In this document: piece by piece, positions 1 to 11,010 of the stretch
How positions within the stretch are numbered: the stretch's first letter is position 1
Layout: each line of letters starts with the position of its first letter
Source: Heptranchias perlo
Taxonomy: Eukaryota
DNA length: 64,000 nt
Direction: 5' to 3'
Assembly: GCF_035084215.1 (NCBI RefSeq)
Contig: NW_027139573.1
Span: 62,001-126,000, forward strand
The notes under the pieces: generated by a model
Told to the model about the DNA's origin: nothing
What the model saw: the letters and a program-made list of their open reading frames with translations, nothing else
The model's database searches: none
Made by a program: the position numbers and the translations under genes

Positions 1-2438
1 GGGAAGGAAAGAAAATAGTGGTGTTGGTGGCAGTGTTGATGAAGGGGAATATTGCAGTGCTGGAGAGAGAGGATGTCCCTGTGGGGCCAAGGACAGACTC
101 TATTTGGTTAGATAGAGTTAAGAAACAATAGAGGTGCCAGTGCACTACTGCGTGTATTCGATAGGCCACCAAATAGTAGGATGGGTATAGAGGAGCAAAT
201 TTGCAGGGAAATTACAGAGAGGTTCAAGAACTGTAGAGTCGTGATAATAGGGGACTTCAACTATCCCAATATAGACTGGGATCGTAATAGTGTAAAGGGC
301 AAAGAGGGGGAGGAATTTCTTGCTCAGTATGTTTCCGGCCCAACGAGGAAGGAGGCATTGCTGGATCTGGTTCTGGAGAATGAGGTGGGTCAAGTGGAGC
401 AAGTGTCAGTGGGGGAACATTTAGGGAACAATGATCACAATATCATAAGGTTTAGATTAGTTATGGAAAAGGACAAGGAGCAAACTAGAGTAAAAATACT
501 TAATTGGAGGAGGGCCAATTTCAGTGGGTTGAGAACGGATCTGGTCTGGGTAAATTGGAATCAAAGATTGTCAGGCAAAACTGTAATCGAACAATGGGTG
601 GCCTTTAAAGAGGAGATGGTTCGGGTACAGTCGAGGTACATTCCCACGAGAGGGAAAGTTAGGGCAACTGAAGTCAGAGCTCCTTGGATAACGAAAGAGA
701 TAGAGAGTAAGATGAAGCAGAAAAAGGGTGTCTGACAGATGTCAGGTTGATAATACAAGTGAGAACCAGGCTGAATATAGAAAGTACAGAGGAGAAGTCA
801 AAAGGAAATAAGAGGGGCAAAGAGAGAGTATGAGAATAGACTGATGGCCAATGTAAAAGGGAATCCAAAAATTTCCTATAGGCATATATTGGAAAATGGG
901 TAGAAAAAGGAGTGGTGGGGCCAATTAGGGACACATGGAGGCAGAGGGCATGGCTGAGGTACTAAATGAATATTTGCATCTTTCTTTACCAAGGAAGAAG
1001 ATGCTGCCAAAGTCACAGTAAAAGAGGAAGTAGTTGAGATACTGGATGGGCTATAAATTGATATAGAGGACACATGAGAAAGTATTTAAAGTCGATGAGT
1101 TACCCGGTCCGGATGGGATGCATCCTGGGTTGCTGAGGGAAGTAAGGGTGGAAATTGCGGAGGTACTGGCCAAAATCTTCCAAACATCCGTAGAGACGGG
1201 GGTGGTGCCAGAGGACTGGAGAACTGCAAATGTTACACCCTTGTTCAAAAAAGGGTGTAAGGATAAACCCGACAACTACAGGCCAGTCAGTTTAACCTTG
1301 GTGGTGGGGAAGCTTTTAGAAACGATAATCTGGGACAAAATTAATAGTTACTTGGACAAGTGTGGATTAATAAAGGAAAGCCAGCACGGATTTGTTAAAG
1401 GCAAATCGTGTTTAACTAACTTGATTGAGTTTTTTAATGAGGTAACAGAGAAGGTTGATGTATATATGGACTTTCAAAAGGCGTTTGATAAAGTGCCACA
1501 TAATAGGCTTGTCAGCAAAATTGAAGCCCATGGAATAAAAGGGGCAGTGACAGCATGGATAGGAAATTGTTAAGTGACGGGAAACAGAGAGTAGTGGTGA
1601 CCGGTTATTTTTCGGACTGGATGAAGGTGTGCAGTGGTGTTCCCCAGGGGTCAGTACAAGGACCATTGCTTTTTTTGATATATACTTAGACTTGGGTGTA
1701 CAGGGCACAATTTCAAAATTTGCAGATGACATAAAACTTGGAAGTGTAATAAACAGTGAGGAGGATAGTGATCGACTTCAAGAGAACATTGACAGGCTGG
1801 TGGAATGGGCGGACACATGTCAGATGAAATTTAACACAGAGAAGTGTGAAGTGATACATTTTGGCATTTACAAAACACTGCTTCAGCCACAACTGGAGTA
1901 TTGTGTCCAATTCTGGGAACCGCACTTTAGGAAGGATGTGAGGCCTTAGAGAGGGAACAGAAAAGATTGACTACAATGGTTCCAGGGGAGAGGGACTTCA
2001 GTTACCTGGATAGACTGGAGAAGTTGGGGTTGTTCTCCTGAGAGCAGAGAAGGTTGAGAGGAGATTTGATAGAAGTGTTCAAAATCATGAAGGATTTTGA
2101 TAAAGTAAATAAGAGAAACTGTTCCCATTGGTCGAAGGGCCAAGAACCAGAGGACACAGATTCAGTGATTGGCAAAAGAACTAAAGGTGACATGAGGAAA
2201 AATGTTTTTACACAGCGAATAGTCATGATTTGGAATGCGCTGCCTGATAGGGTGGTGGAAGCAGATTCAATCGTGGGCTTTCGAAAAGGAATTGGATAAA
2301 TACTTGAAGGGGAAAAAAGTTGCAGGGCTATGGGGAAAGAGTGGGGGGAATGGGACTAACTGGATTGTTCTTACAAAGAGCCGGCACGGGCTCGATGGGC
2401 CGAATGGCTTCCTTCTGTGCTGTAACGATTCTATGATT
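1..2438 (+). mobile_element. CR1-type LINE, ORF2 (endonuclease + RT) to 3' end, frameshifted
   Basis: ORFs 181-735 (IIGDFNYPNIDW, LLDLVL endonuclease motifs), 1118-1573 (VPEDWRTANVTPLFKKG, NYRPVSLT, QHGF, DFQKAFDKVPH), 1629-1949 (SKFADD) and the CR1 C-terminus (FTQRIVMIWNALP); 3' tail ends ...gattctatgatt. Confidence 0.93.
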
Positions 2439-2536
2439 AAAATGTACGATCCAAATAATACGGTATATTTATTAAAATGTACAATCCAAAGAGTACGGTA
2501 TATTTATTAAAATGTTTCTGATTCTCTGTCCTGCAG

Positions 2537-2559
2537 GAACTGAAAAGATTGAGAGAAAG
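2537..2559 (+). CDS. TRIM gene 23-nt micro-exon (ELKRLRE-R)
   Basis: ctgtcctgcag acceptor and gtgagt donor. A 23-nt exon after the coiled coil is typical of B30.2 TRIM genes, and it splices in frame to 2652. Confidence 0.8.
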
Positions 2560-2651
2560 GTGAGTACCCAATCCAAACCCAGACTCGGTCTTACACTGTG
2601 ATCACAGATTGTATCCAGCAGTGAGTGAGTGAATCAATCCCATTCAAACAG

Positions 2652-3007
2652 GTGCCTGGACAAAGGGGAGGGAGGAGAAGGTGCAGAGAGAGGGGAAGAT
2701 CAAGAGAGATCGTCAGAGGAAGGTGAAGATCAAGAGAGATCGTCAGAGGAAGGTGAAGATCAAGAGAGATCGTCAGAGGAAGGTGAAGATCAAGAGAGAT
2801 CGTCAGAGGAAGGTGAAGATCAAGAGAGATCGTCAGAGGAAGATGAAGATCAAGAGAGATCGTCAGAGGAAGGTGAAGATCAAGAGAGATCGTCAGAGGA
2901 ATGTGATGATGAAGAGATACTGGTATCTGCAAGTCTGAAATACGCCGTGTTTCGAGGCCCTTTACTCTACGCAGTGTGGAAGGAAATGAAACAGATCATC
3001 TCTCCAG
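2652..3007 (+). CDS. TRIM gene linker exon with acidic tandem repeat
   Basis: acag acceptor and CCAG|gtatga donor. Encodes CLDKGEGG..(GEDQERSSEE)x7..FRGPLLYAVWKEMKQIISP; the end matches the conserved pre-PRY linker of fish TRIMs. Confidence 0.85.
2692..2901 (+). repeat. Coding 30-bp tandem repeat, 7 copies
   Basis: Unit GGTGAAGATCAAGAGAGATCGTCAGAGGAA, near-perfect copies. Confidence 0.95.
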
Positions 3008-3234
3008 GTATGAAACGACTCCACAGGTTTGGGTGAACTTTCTGTAGAGTTTCCTGCTCTCTTCTCCCTCTCCTGAATGTACTGACTGTTGTTGTGTACC
3101 GATCACTGGGGCAGCAGTCTCTGGTACCTCACTCAAGGGGCCGTTCTTTTTGTGTGACCTCAGATTGAGCGATTCAAGTAGAGACAGAATCAGAACATTT
3201 TCTCATTTGAATCCAGACACTCGCACTTTCCAGT

Positions 3235-3775
3235 AGGGTTTACTGGACAGTGGTCAGACTGAGACCCCCCTGACCCAGGGTTCACTGGACAGTGATCAGA
3301 CTGAGACCCCCCCTGACCCAGGGTTCACTGGACAGTGATCAGACTGAGACCCCCCCTGACCCAGGGTTCACTGGACAGTGATCAGACTGATACCCCCCTG
3401 ACCCAGGGTTCACTGGACAGTGAACAGACTGAGACCCCCCTGACCCAGGGTTCACTGGACAGTGATCAGACTGAGACCCCTCTGACCCAGGGTTCACTGG
3501 ACAGTGATCAGACTGAGACCCCCCTGACCCAGGGTTCACTGGACAGTGACCAGACTGAGACCCCCTGACCCAGGTTTCACTGGACAGTGATCAGACTGAG
3601 ACCCCCCTGACCCAGGGTTCACTGGACAGTGACCAGACTGAGACCCCCTGACCCAGGTTTCACTGGACAGTGATCAGACTGAGACCCCTCTGACCCAGGG
3701 TTCACTGGACAGTGATCAGACTGAGACCCCTCTGACCCAGGGTTCACTGGACAGTGATCAGACTGAGACCCCTGG
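3235..3775. repeat. Intronic minisatellite, ~42-44-bp unit, ~13 copies
   Basis: Unit ctggacagtgatcagactgagacccccctgacccagggttca. Confidence 0.93.
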
Positions 3776-3940
3776 CTGACTGTTTTCCTCTGCCTGGTCT
3801 GTAATATCTGTTCACTGAACACACTGGAGTCCAGGAATATATCGAACTGTACACTGTACCCAGTCTGCACTATTTACTGATACAGAAATTATAGACTGGT
3901 GTCTAAAATATTTAACATGATGTCATTTTTATTTCCCCAG

Positions 3941-4485
3941 TCCCAGCCTCACTGACCCTGGACCCAAACACAGCTCATCGTCGGCTCATCCTGTCTGAGG
4001 ACTGGACCAGTGTGAGACTCGGTGACAGAGAATTACAGCTTCCCGATAACCCGGAGAGATTCGATTCAGGTCCTTGTGTCCTGGGATCACAGGGATTCAC
4101 ATCAGGGAAACATTACTGGGAGGTGGAGGTCGGGGACAAGACTCAGTGGGCCGTGGGTGTGGCCAGAGAGTCAGTTAACAGGAAGGGAACGATATCACTG
4201 GGGCCTAAACGTGGATACTGGGCCGTGTTCCTGAGTAATGGGAATGAATATGAAGCTCTTGAAAGCCCATTTGTCCCACTGACCCTGAGTGTGAAACTCA
4301 GGACCATCGGAGTTTACCTGGACTATGAGGGAGGACAGGTGTCATTTTACAATGCTGATGATATGTCCAATCTCTACACTTTCACTCACACATTCACTGA
4401 GAAACTCTTTCCTTATTTCTATCCGGGATTGTACGATGAGGGTAAAAATACTGCTCCCCTCAAACTGCGTCATTTCAAACTGTAG
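3941..4485 (+). CDS. TRIM gene terminal exon, B30.2/PRY-SPRY domain (TRIM27/39/A33-like family)
   Basis: atttccccag acceptor in phase with 3007. Reads [73 protein letters not shown], with no interruption up to TAG. Confidence 0.96.
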
Positions 4486-4709
4486 CTTCCTAAACTGATG
4501 AGTCAGAGTACAGTGAGAATGGGTGCAATATTTAACCCCCACGATGGGCGGGGGAGGGCCGGGGTGGGGGGGGTTAAAAATGTAAGATTGCAAAACGCGA
4601 CCCGAACCCGCTGCATACACGCCGGCCGCCATTTTTACAGCGGCGGGTTGCGTGGTGAGCCTGTGTCCCGCTCTCGAGAGGTGAGACATCTCATTATTAC
4701 CGGTACGAC

Positions 4710-5045
4710 CCCCTCCTCCACTTCAAACCCCGATCCCTCCTCCCTCCCGATCCCTTCCCCCAATCCCTCCCTCCCGATCCCACCCCCTTTCAACCTGCGA
4801 TCTCTCCGTTTCTCCCTCCCGATCCCTTCCCCCCAATCCCTCTCTCCCGCTCCCTTCCCCCCAATTCCTCCCTCCCGATCCCACCCCCTTTCAACCTGCG
4901 ATCTCTCCGTCTCTCCCTCCCGATCCCTTCCCCCCAATCCCTCTCTCCCGCTCCCTTCCCCCCAATCCCTTCCCCCCCAATTCCTCCCTCCTGATCCCAC
5001 CCCCTTTCAACCTGCGATCTCTCCGTCTCTCCCTCCCGATTGCCA
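4710..5045. repeat. C/T-rich low-complexity tract with degenerate internal repeats
   Basis: Repeated cccgatcccacccccttttcaacctgcgatctctccg segments. Confidence 0.7.
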
Positions 5046-5254
5046 GTCCAACTTTCCCTTCCTTCAAGCCCTGATCTTTCCCGATTGCCGGGCTCTGTCC
5101 CCAGTTGTCCTCAGATGTGGTCTTCTACCGCAGGCTTTCCCACGGATAAGAGACTGGAATTCCAGAGAGGCTGTTAGACTCTCATTGTATATTGGGAGTA
5201 ATGTATCTCAATATGTGGAAGCTGTACTGTAATCACACAAAGACTTTCACAACA

Positions 5255-5260
5255 AATAAA
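5255..5260 (+). terminator. Candidate polyadenylation signal of the TRIM gene
   Basis: AATAAA about 770 nt after the stop codon; positional evidence only. Confidence 0.4.
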
Positions 5261-5989
5261 GAGTTTTAAAAGGAACAGAAAAGGTGCAGAGTGAACCCAT
5301 CACAGGAGCAGGGGCTGAACTGGTCGGTCAAGGTCCTGATGTACTGTATTTGGACACAGGCAGCCTGGCATCATTGATGTGTTTCAATTCCCAGTAAATT
5401 CCAGAGCTGAGTTCCCGGTCGATGGGCTGGGACCCATCGTGTGGGGTGAACGAGCGCAGGTCAAATCGGGCAGGGGGCCAATCCCTTTCACACCCGGTCC
5501 CCACCGGATTCTGGCTGAGCGACATCTTTAACCAGGACTTCCATTCGATGCCACTTTGTCCTCCTGAGAAACGGGTGAGAGTCTCGAAAGTCCTGAATAT
5601 TTCTCAAGGGATGGGAATGTGCCACGTTCGGAGATTTCCCAGTGGCTGTTCGACCATGAAAACTGGGCATTGCCATCCTTCGAGGGATTGGTTCCTCAAA
5701 GGAGTTTTGCCCCCTGCAGTGCTTTTGATGCACTGTTATTTTCCCTTTACCTCTTCTGCACTTTTTTCTGTCATCAATATTCAGAAGTGGGGATTAATCG
5801 GGATGATTCCCTTTCGGTCTGTGGTGTTCTGCCCCGAGGGCAGCTCCGAACTCAAGTCTCACACAGGAGGCTCTTGAACTGCTCACCAGGCAAGAGAAGC
5901 TGAGAAGGTTTCCATTTGCCTTCCTCATGGTTCTTATCTGCGGAGAACCTTCTCCCAGGTGGGCAGCAACCAAGGCTACAGACCCCACA

Positions 5990-6376
5990 GGAAACAGACA
6001 CATCTCTCAGGATAGAGTTACAGGGAACTGACTGACACATCTCTCAGGATAGAGTGACAGGGAACAGACACATCTCTCAGGATAGAGTTACAGGGAACTG
6101 ACTGACACATCTCTCAGGATAGGGTTACAGGGAACTGACTGACACATCTCTCAGGATAGGGTGACAGGGAACTGACTGACACATCTCTCAGGATAGGGTT
6201 ACAGGGAACTGACTGACACATCTCTCAGGATAGAGTTACAGGGAACTGACTGACACATCTCTCAGGATAGAGTTACAGGGAACTGACTGACACATCTCTC
6301 AGGATAGGGTTACAGGGAACTGACTGACACATCTCTCAGGATAGAGTTACAGGGAACTGACTGACACATCTCTCAG
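5990..6376. repeat. Minisatellite, 37-bp unit, ~10 copies
   Basis: Unit acacatctctcaggatagagttacagggaactgactg. Confidence 0.93.
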
Positions 6377-7219
6377 TCAATGGTGAAGATAATTGGACAG
6401 GATGTATATCTGCAGCTGATTCACTATTGCTCGATTGTTCACTACTGCCCCCAAGGCCAATTTCACCCCCCTCCCCCACCCCGGACTCAATGACCTGACC
6501 CCCAGTCAGAGACTCTCACTGGGAATTTCCTCAGGGCTGCTCCTGAACGTCTGCCGTAACTTCTGTACAATTTCCACTGATCTTACGCTCAAGTTACGTC
6601 AACCAATCGGGAGAATCCTCCAGGAAATCCGACCTCCGACCTGAAACGACTTCGAACTGGAGCAGAGACATTGGTCACACTGATAACATGACACAGTGTT
6701 ACAGAGTCACCTACAGACTTCACAGGGTTAGTATGGACACATTTAGCAGGGCAGAAGTCCGTAGGAACTGTTTACATTAGAGGTTTCAATGGGAGGACAT
6801 GACAGGTAGAGTGATTTAATAATATACTGGCAGATATCCTGTGGTATTGTACACGGTGAGTCACGGCCAAACGTAATCTTCAGGTGAAGCAGGGTTAGAG
6901 GGTGGAGGATAATGAGATCTGGGTGAGCAGTTGTAATTCAGAGCCTCTTTAAAATCAGAGACTCGGTTGTTATTTTTATAAATGACTTTGATTTGATATT
7001 ATTACTTGGAGTTGAAGAGGAAAACAAGGGGGACTTGGGAAGCAGAGAAGTCGAGTTATTTGGAGTTCGGAGTTTCTTTGTATTGCAGGCTGAGATACTA
7101 TAGCACCCCCACTGGTGGGAGGGTGAAATTACAGCGTGACTGTTTACATAGGCAGGTTCCATATCATGGAAAACATTGACACAAAAGTGTGACAAAAATG
7201 TGACAACAGGAAGTAAGGC

Positions 7220-8200
7220 TTCCTTGACCCACCCTTGAACCTTCTGTCCTTGCAAATTACCGCCCCATCTCCAACCTCCCTTTCCTCTCCAAAGTCCTTG
7301 AACGTGTTGTCGTCTCCCAAATCCAAGCCCACATTTCCCGCAACTCCATGTTTGAATCCCTTCAATCAGGTTTCCGTCCCTGACACAGTACTGAAATGGC
7401 CCTTATCAGAGTCACAAATGACATCCTATGTGACTGTGACCGTGGTAAACTATCCCTCCTCATCCTTCTTAAACTGCTGCATCCTTTGACATGGTTGACC
7501 ACACCATCCTCCTCCAATGCCTCTCCTTCGTCGTCCAGTTGGATGGGATTGCCCTCATCTGGTTCCATTCTTATCTATTCAACCTGCAATGGTTTCCTTT
7601 CCCACTCCCGCATCATTACTTCTGGAGTCCCCCAAGGATCTATCCTGGGACCCCGCCCATCTCTCATCTACATGCTGCACCTCGGCGACATCATCCGAAA
7701 ACACATCATCAGATTCCACATGTACACTGAGGACACTCAGCTCGACCTCCCCATCACCTCTCAACTCCTCCACTGCCTCTGATTTGTCACGCTGCTTGTC
7801 TGACATCCAGTATTGGATGAGCAGAAATTTCCTCAAATTAAATATTGGGAAAAAAGAAGTCATTGTCTTCGGTCTCCGCCACAAACTCCGTTCCCTCGAC
7901 CCCCGACTCCATCCCTCTCCCTGTCCACTGTCTGAGGCTGAACCAGACCGTTCGCAACCTTGGCGTCCTATTTGACCCTGAGATGAGCTTCTCACCACAT
8001 ATCCGCTCCATCACCAAGACCGCCTACTTCCACCTCCGTAACATCGCCCGTCTCCGTCCCTGCCTCAGCCCATCTGCTGCTGAAACCCTCATTCATGCCT
8101 TTGTTACCTCCAGTCTTGACTATTCCAATGCTCTCCTGGAGGACCTCCCACCTTCCACCCTCAATATACTTGAGCTCATCCAGAACTCTGCTGCCCGTTC
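7220..8200 (+). mobile_element. L2-type LINE RT fragment, decayed
   Basis: NYRPISNL, SGVPQGSILGP, YTEDTQL (degenerate YADD), WMSRNFLKLN, AYFHLRNIARLRP, TLIHAFVTSSLDYSNALL. Confidence 0.88.
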
Positions 8201-8209
8201 ACCCGTCAT

Positions 8210-8510
8210 CCCACATAAGGAGATAACAGCACAGGTGACCAAAACCTCAAAGAGGTCGGTTTTAAGGAGCTCCTTGAAGGAGGAGAGAGAGGTAGAGCGG
8301 TGGAGAGGTTTAGGGAGGGAATTCCAGAGCTTAGGGCCTCGGCAGTTGAAGGCACGGGCGCCAATGGTGGAGCGATTAAAATCGGGGATGCGCAAGAGGC
8401 CACAATTGGAGGAGTGTAGAGTTCTCGGTGGGTTGTCGGGCTGGAGGAGGTGATAGGGAGGGGTGAGGCCATGGAGGGATTTGAACACAAGGTTGAAAAT
8501 TTTAAAACCG
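8210..8510 (-). mobile_element. L2 LINE 3' fragment
   Basis: FKSLHGL.P.Y, GARAF...GPKLWNSLP, SSFKELLKT on the minus strand. Confidence 0.85.
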
Positions 8511-9378
8511 AAATTAACCCCTCTTTTTGCTTCTCTCTCCTGATTCTCCTTCTATCTTTCTTCCCTTTCCTTTTGGATGGGAGGTGGTTGGTGGCGTCGT
8601 GCGGTGACTGAAAGAGCCAGCAACATCTGCCCATTGCATTTGAGGTGGGGCCGACAGGGAAAATATGGCCCTCAGCTGTTCCCTTCCCATCTCCACCCCA
8701 ATCACTTGTGTTTCCCTCCCCCCCGCCATCACATCCTTCACCCTTTATCTTCCCACAACCCCCTCCCCTTCCAACCACCCCCACTCCCATAACTAACCCC
8801 ACCTCTTCCCCTTTGAACTATCCACTCAACCTCTGCCTCCTGTGCCCCCTCCCTTCACTGACACTCACCTCACCCTTAACCCTCCACCCACTCCCCTCCA
8901 TACTTATTTGCTCCCCCAAAACCAGTTGGAGAGAGAGCCCAGGCCCCCCCTGCAACTCTTCCCATTTCCCTCCTCCCCTTCCCTCCCTTCCTCGCTGTTT
9001 CCCTCAAACAGACTTTGTTTGCTTTCAAAATTCAATAAATCTAATTAGAATGAAGAAAGACTCACCTGTCTTACTTTCTCTCTCACAGGTGTAAATAAAT
9101 AGCATTTACCTTTTCTAACAACCAGCACAACAAAGGTAAGATAATATATAGGTTTTAAAATTCAATTGGTGCATTATTTTATTATGCGGTCGGGTCCAGG
9201 CTGGTGTTTATGCTCCACACGAGCCTCCTCCCTCCTCACTTCCTCTACCCTATCAGGATATCCCTCGATTACTTTCTCCCTCAAAGCTTCTGAAATCATC
9301 CTATAGATTTCTGTAAATAATTTGAACACTAAAGCTGCTAGAAGCTAAAGGAAAACATCCCATCACCACTGTTTATAG

Positions 9379-10147
9379 TGTCACAGCACAGGAGGAGGCT
9401 GCAAGAAAGACGCTTTCTGGACCAAATCATAGTCACGTATCCCATCCTGCAAAGCTTTAGGCGCTTGTCTGAAAAGCGAGGCTGTGGGCAGACCTTGCCT
9501 CTGTGAGACTACAAAGGGAGCCAACACTCCACAGGAAATGATATGCCTGACATCAGGCAAAGTGATTGGGAATATTGCAAAGTCAAGAAAACTGTGAACT
9601 GACGCATTGAAGACCAAATTGTCAGGAACAGATAACAAAACATTCCAAGGCACAATCAAAGACCCAGGACCTGGGCACAGATTAAATACACAGAAAGATA
9701 AGGGGATGGCCCACCCCCATAGGATAGAATGGACAACAGTTAACACCATGGGATGGATATCTGAAAGATGCCTGGAACAATGGGCACCCTGGGGTGGGGG
9801 GGAAGAGACGTTCGAGACAGATGACATCACGGGATAACGTCGTTAAGCTACCAGAAGCAACTATGCTTCGGAAAGATGTATAAACTGGGACACTGGCCCA
9901 CTACAGTTAGAAGCAGCTTCTGGGGCAACGAAGGCCAACACACCCTACGATACCAGGCCTGATCAGCTTGAAACTTCCAAGGGACAGGTTGTACCGTCCT
10001 TGTTTATTTGATATAACTGTATTAGAACGTTGTTCTTGTGTCGAAGCTTGCATCTTCGGTCACACTCGGGCCCGAATCATGGTGGAAATTATTATTAAGA
10101 AGGATTAACAACCCTTTGGTAGCATTAATAATAACATATTTCCAACA
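9379..10147 (+). mobile_element. LTR of an LTR retroelement/ERV, internal genes absent
   Basis: TGT...ACA termini, internal TATAAA at 9879, and a PBS-like TGGCGTCCCTGG 4 nt downstream; the left boundary is tentative. Confidence 0.62.
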
Positions 10148-10151
10148 TTTC

Positions 10152-10169
10152 TGGCGTCCCTGGTTGGAA
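10152..10169 (+). promoter_or_regulatory. Primer-binding site complementary to tRNA-Asn 3' end
   Basis: TGGCGTCCCTGGTTGGAA versus the expected tRNA-Asn(GTT) complement TGGCGTCCCTGGGTGGGC (tRNA sequence recalled, not searched). Confidence 0.62.
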
Positions 10170-10178
10170 CCGAATCAG

Positions 10179-10420
10179 TGGGTCCCTGTCTCGAACCAGA
10201 TCACTGGGACCCTGTCTAGAACCAGATCACTGGGACCCTGTCTAGAACCAGATCACGGGGTACCTGTCTGGAACTGGATCATTGGGTCCCTGTCTCGAAC
10301 CAGATCACTGGGACCCTGTCTAGAACCGGATCGCTGGGTCCCTGTCTAGAACCGGATCACGGGGTACCTGTCTGGAACTGGATCGTTGGGTCCCTGTCTA
10401 GAACTGGATCATTGGGTCCT
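10179..10420 (+). repeat. 26-bp tandem repeat (~9 copies) resembling the PBS
   Basis: Unit tggg(a/t)ccctgtct(a/c)gaaccagatcac, directly after the PBS. Confidence 0.85.
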
Positions 10421-10544
10421 CTTCACAATGTGGAGGGAGGAAAACCTCGCATTGAAATCAGGACGGAGCCTCATTATAATATTCTAATTAAGTCTAACTA
10501 GGGGAAATCACTTTAATTACAGTATTGAAATTAAATCCAATTAT

Positions 10545-11010
10545 AACAACAACTTGCATTGATATAATGCCTTTAACGTCACAAGGTGCTTCACACGAGC
10601 GATTATCAAACAAAATTGGACACAGAGACACATAAAGAGATATTAGGATAGGTGACCAAAAGCTTGGTCAGAGGTCGGTTTTAACGAGTGTCTTAAAGGA
10701 GGAGAGAAAGGTGGAGAGGCGAAGGGCTTTAGGAAGGGAATTCCAGAGCTTAGGGCCGAGGTAGCTGAAGGCACGGCCAGCAATGGTGGAGCAAAGGAAA
10801 TCAGGGATGGACAAAAGGCCAAAATCAGAGGAGTGCAGAGATTTCAGAGGGTTGTCGGGCTGGAGGAGGTTACAGAGATAGGGAGGGGCGAGGTCATGGA
10901 GGGATTTGAAAACAAGGGTGAGAATTTTAAAATCAAGGCGTTGGTGGACTGGAGCCAATGTAGGTCAGTGAGCACAGGGGGTGATGGGAGAACGGGACTT
11001 GGTGTGAGTC
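10545..11010 (-). mobile_element. L2 LINE 3' end
   Basis: QRLDFKILTLVFKSLHDLAPPYL..GRAFSYLGPKLWNSLP; tail ...atcaatgcaagttgttg on the minus strand. Confidence 0.87.

Noticed and set aside
4498-5232. 244-aa Pro-rich ORF after the TRIM stop
   Set aside because: Arises from C/T low-complexity sequence in the probable 3' UTR
5887-5937. Possible 51-nt phase-1 minus-strand exon (DKNHEEGKWKPSQLLLP), or an Ig-C1-like fragment (LSFSCLVS) in another frame
   Set aside because: Weak polypyrimidine tract, no continuation of Ig motifs, and the class I gene already has a stop at 39822
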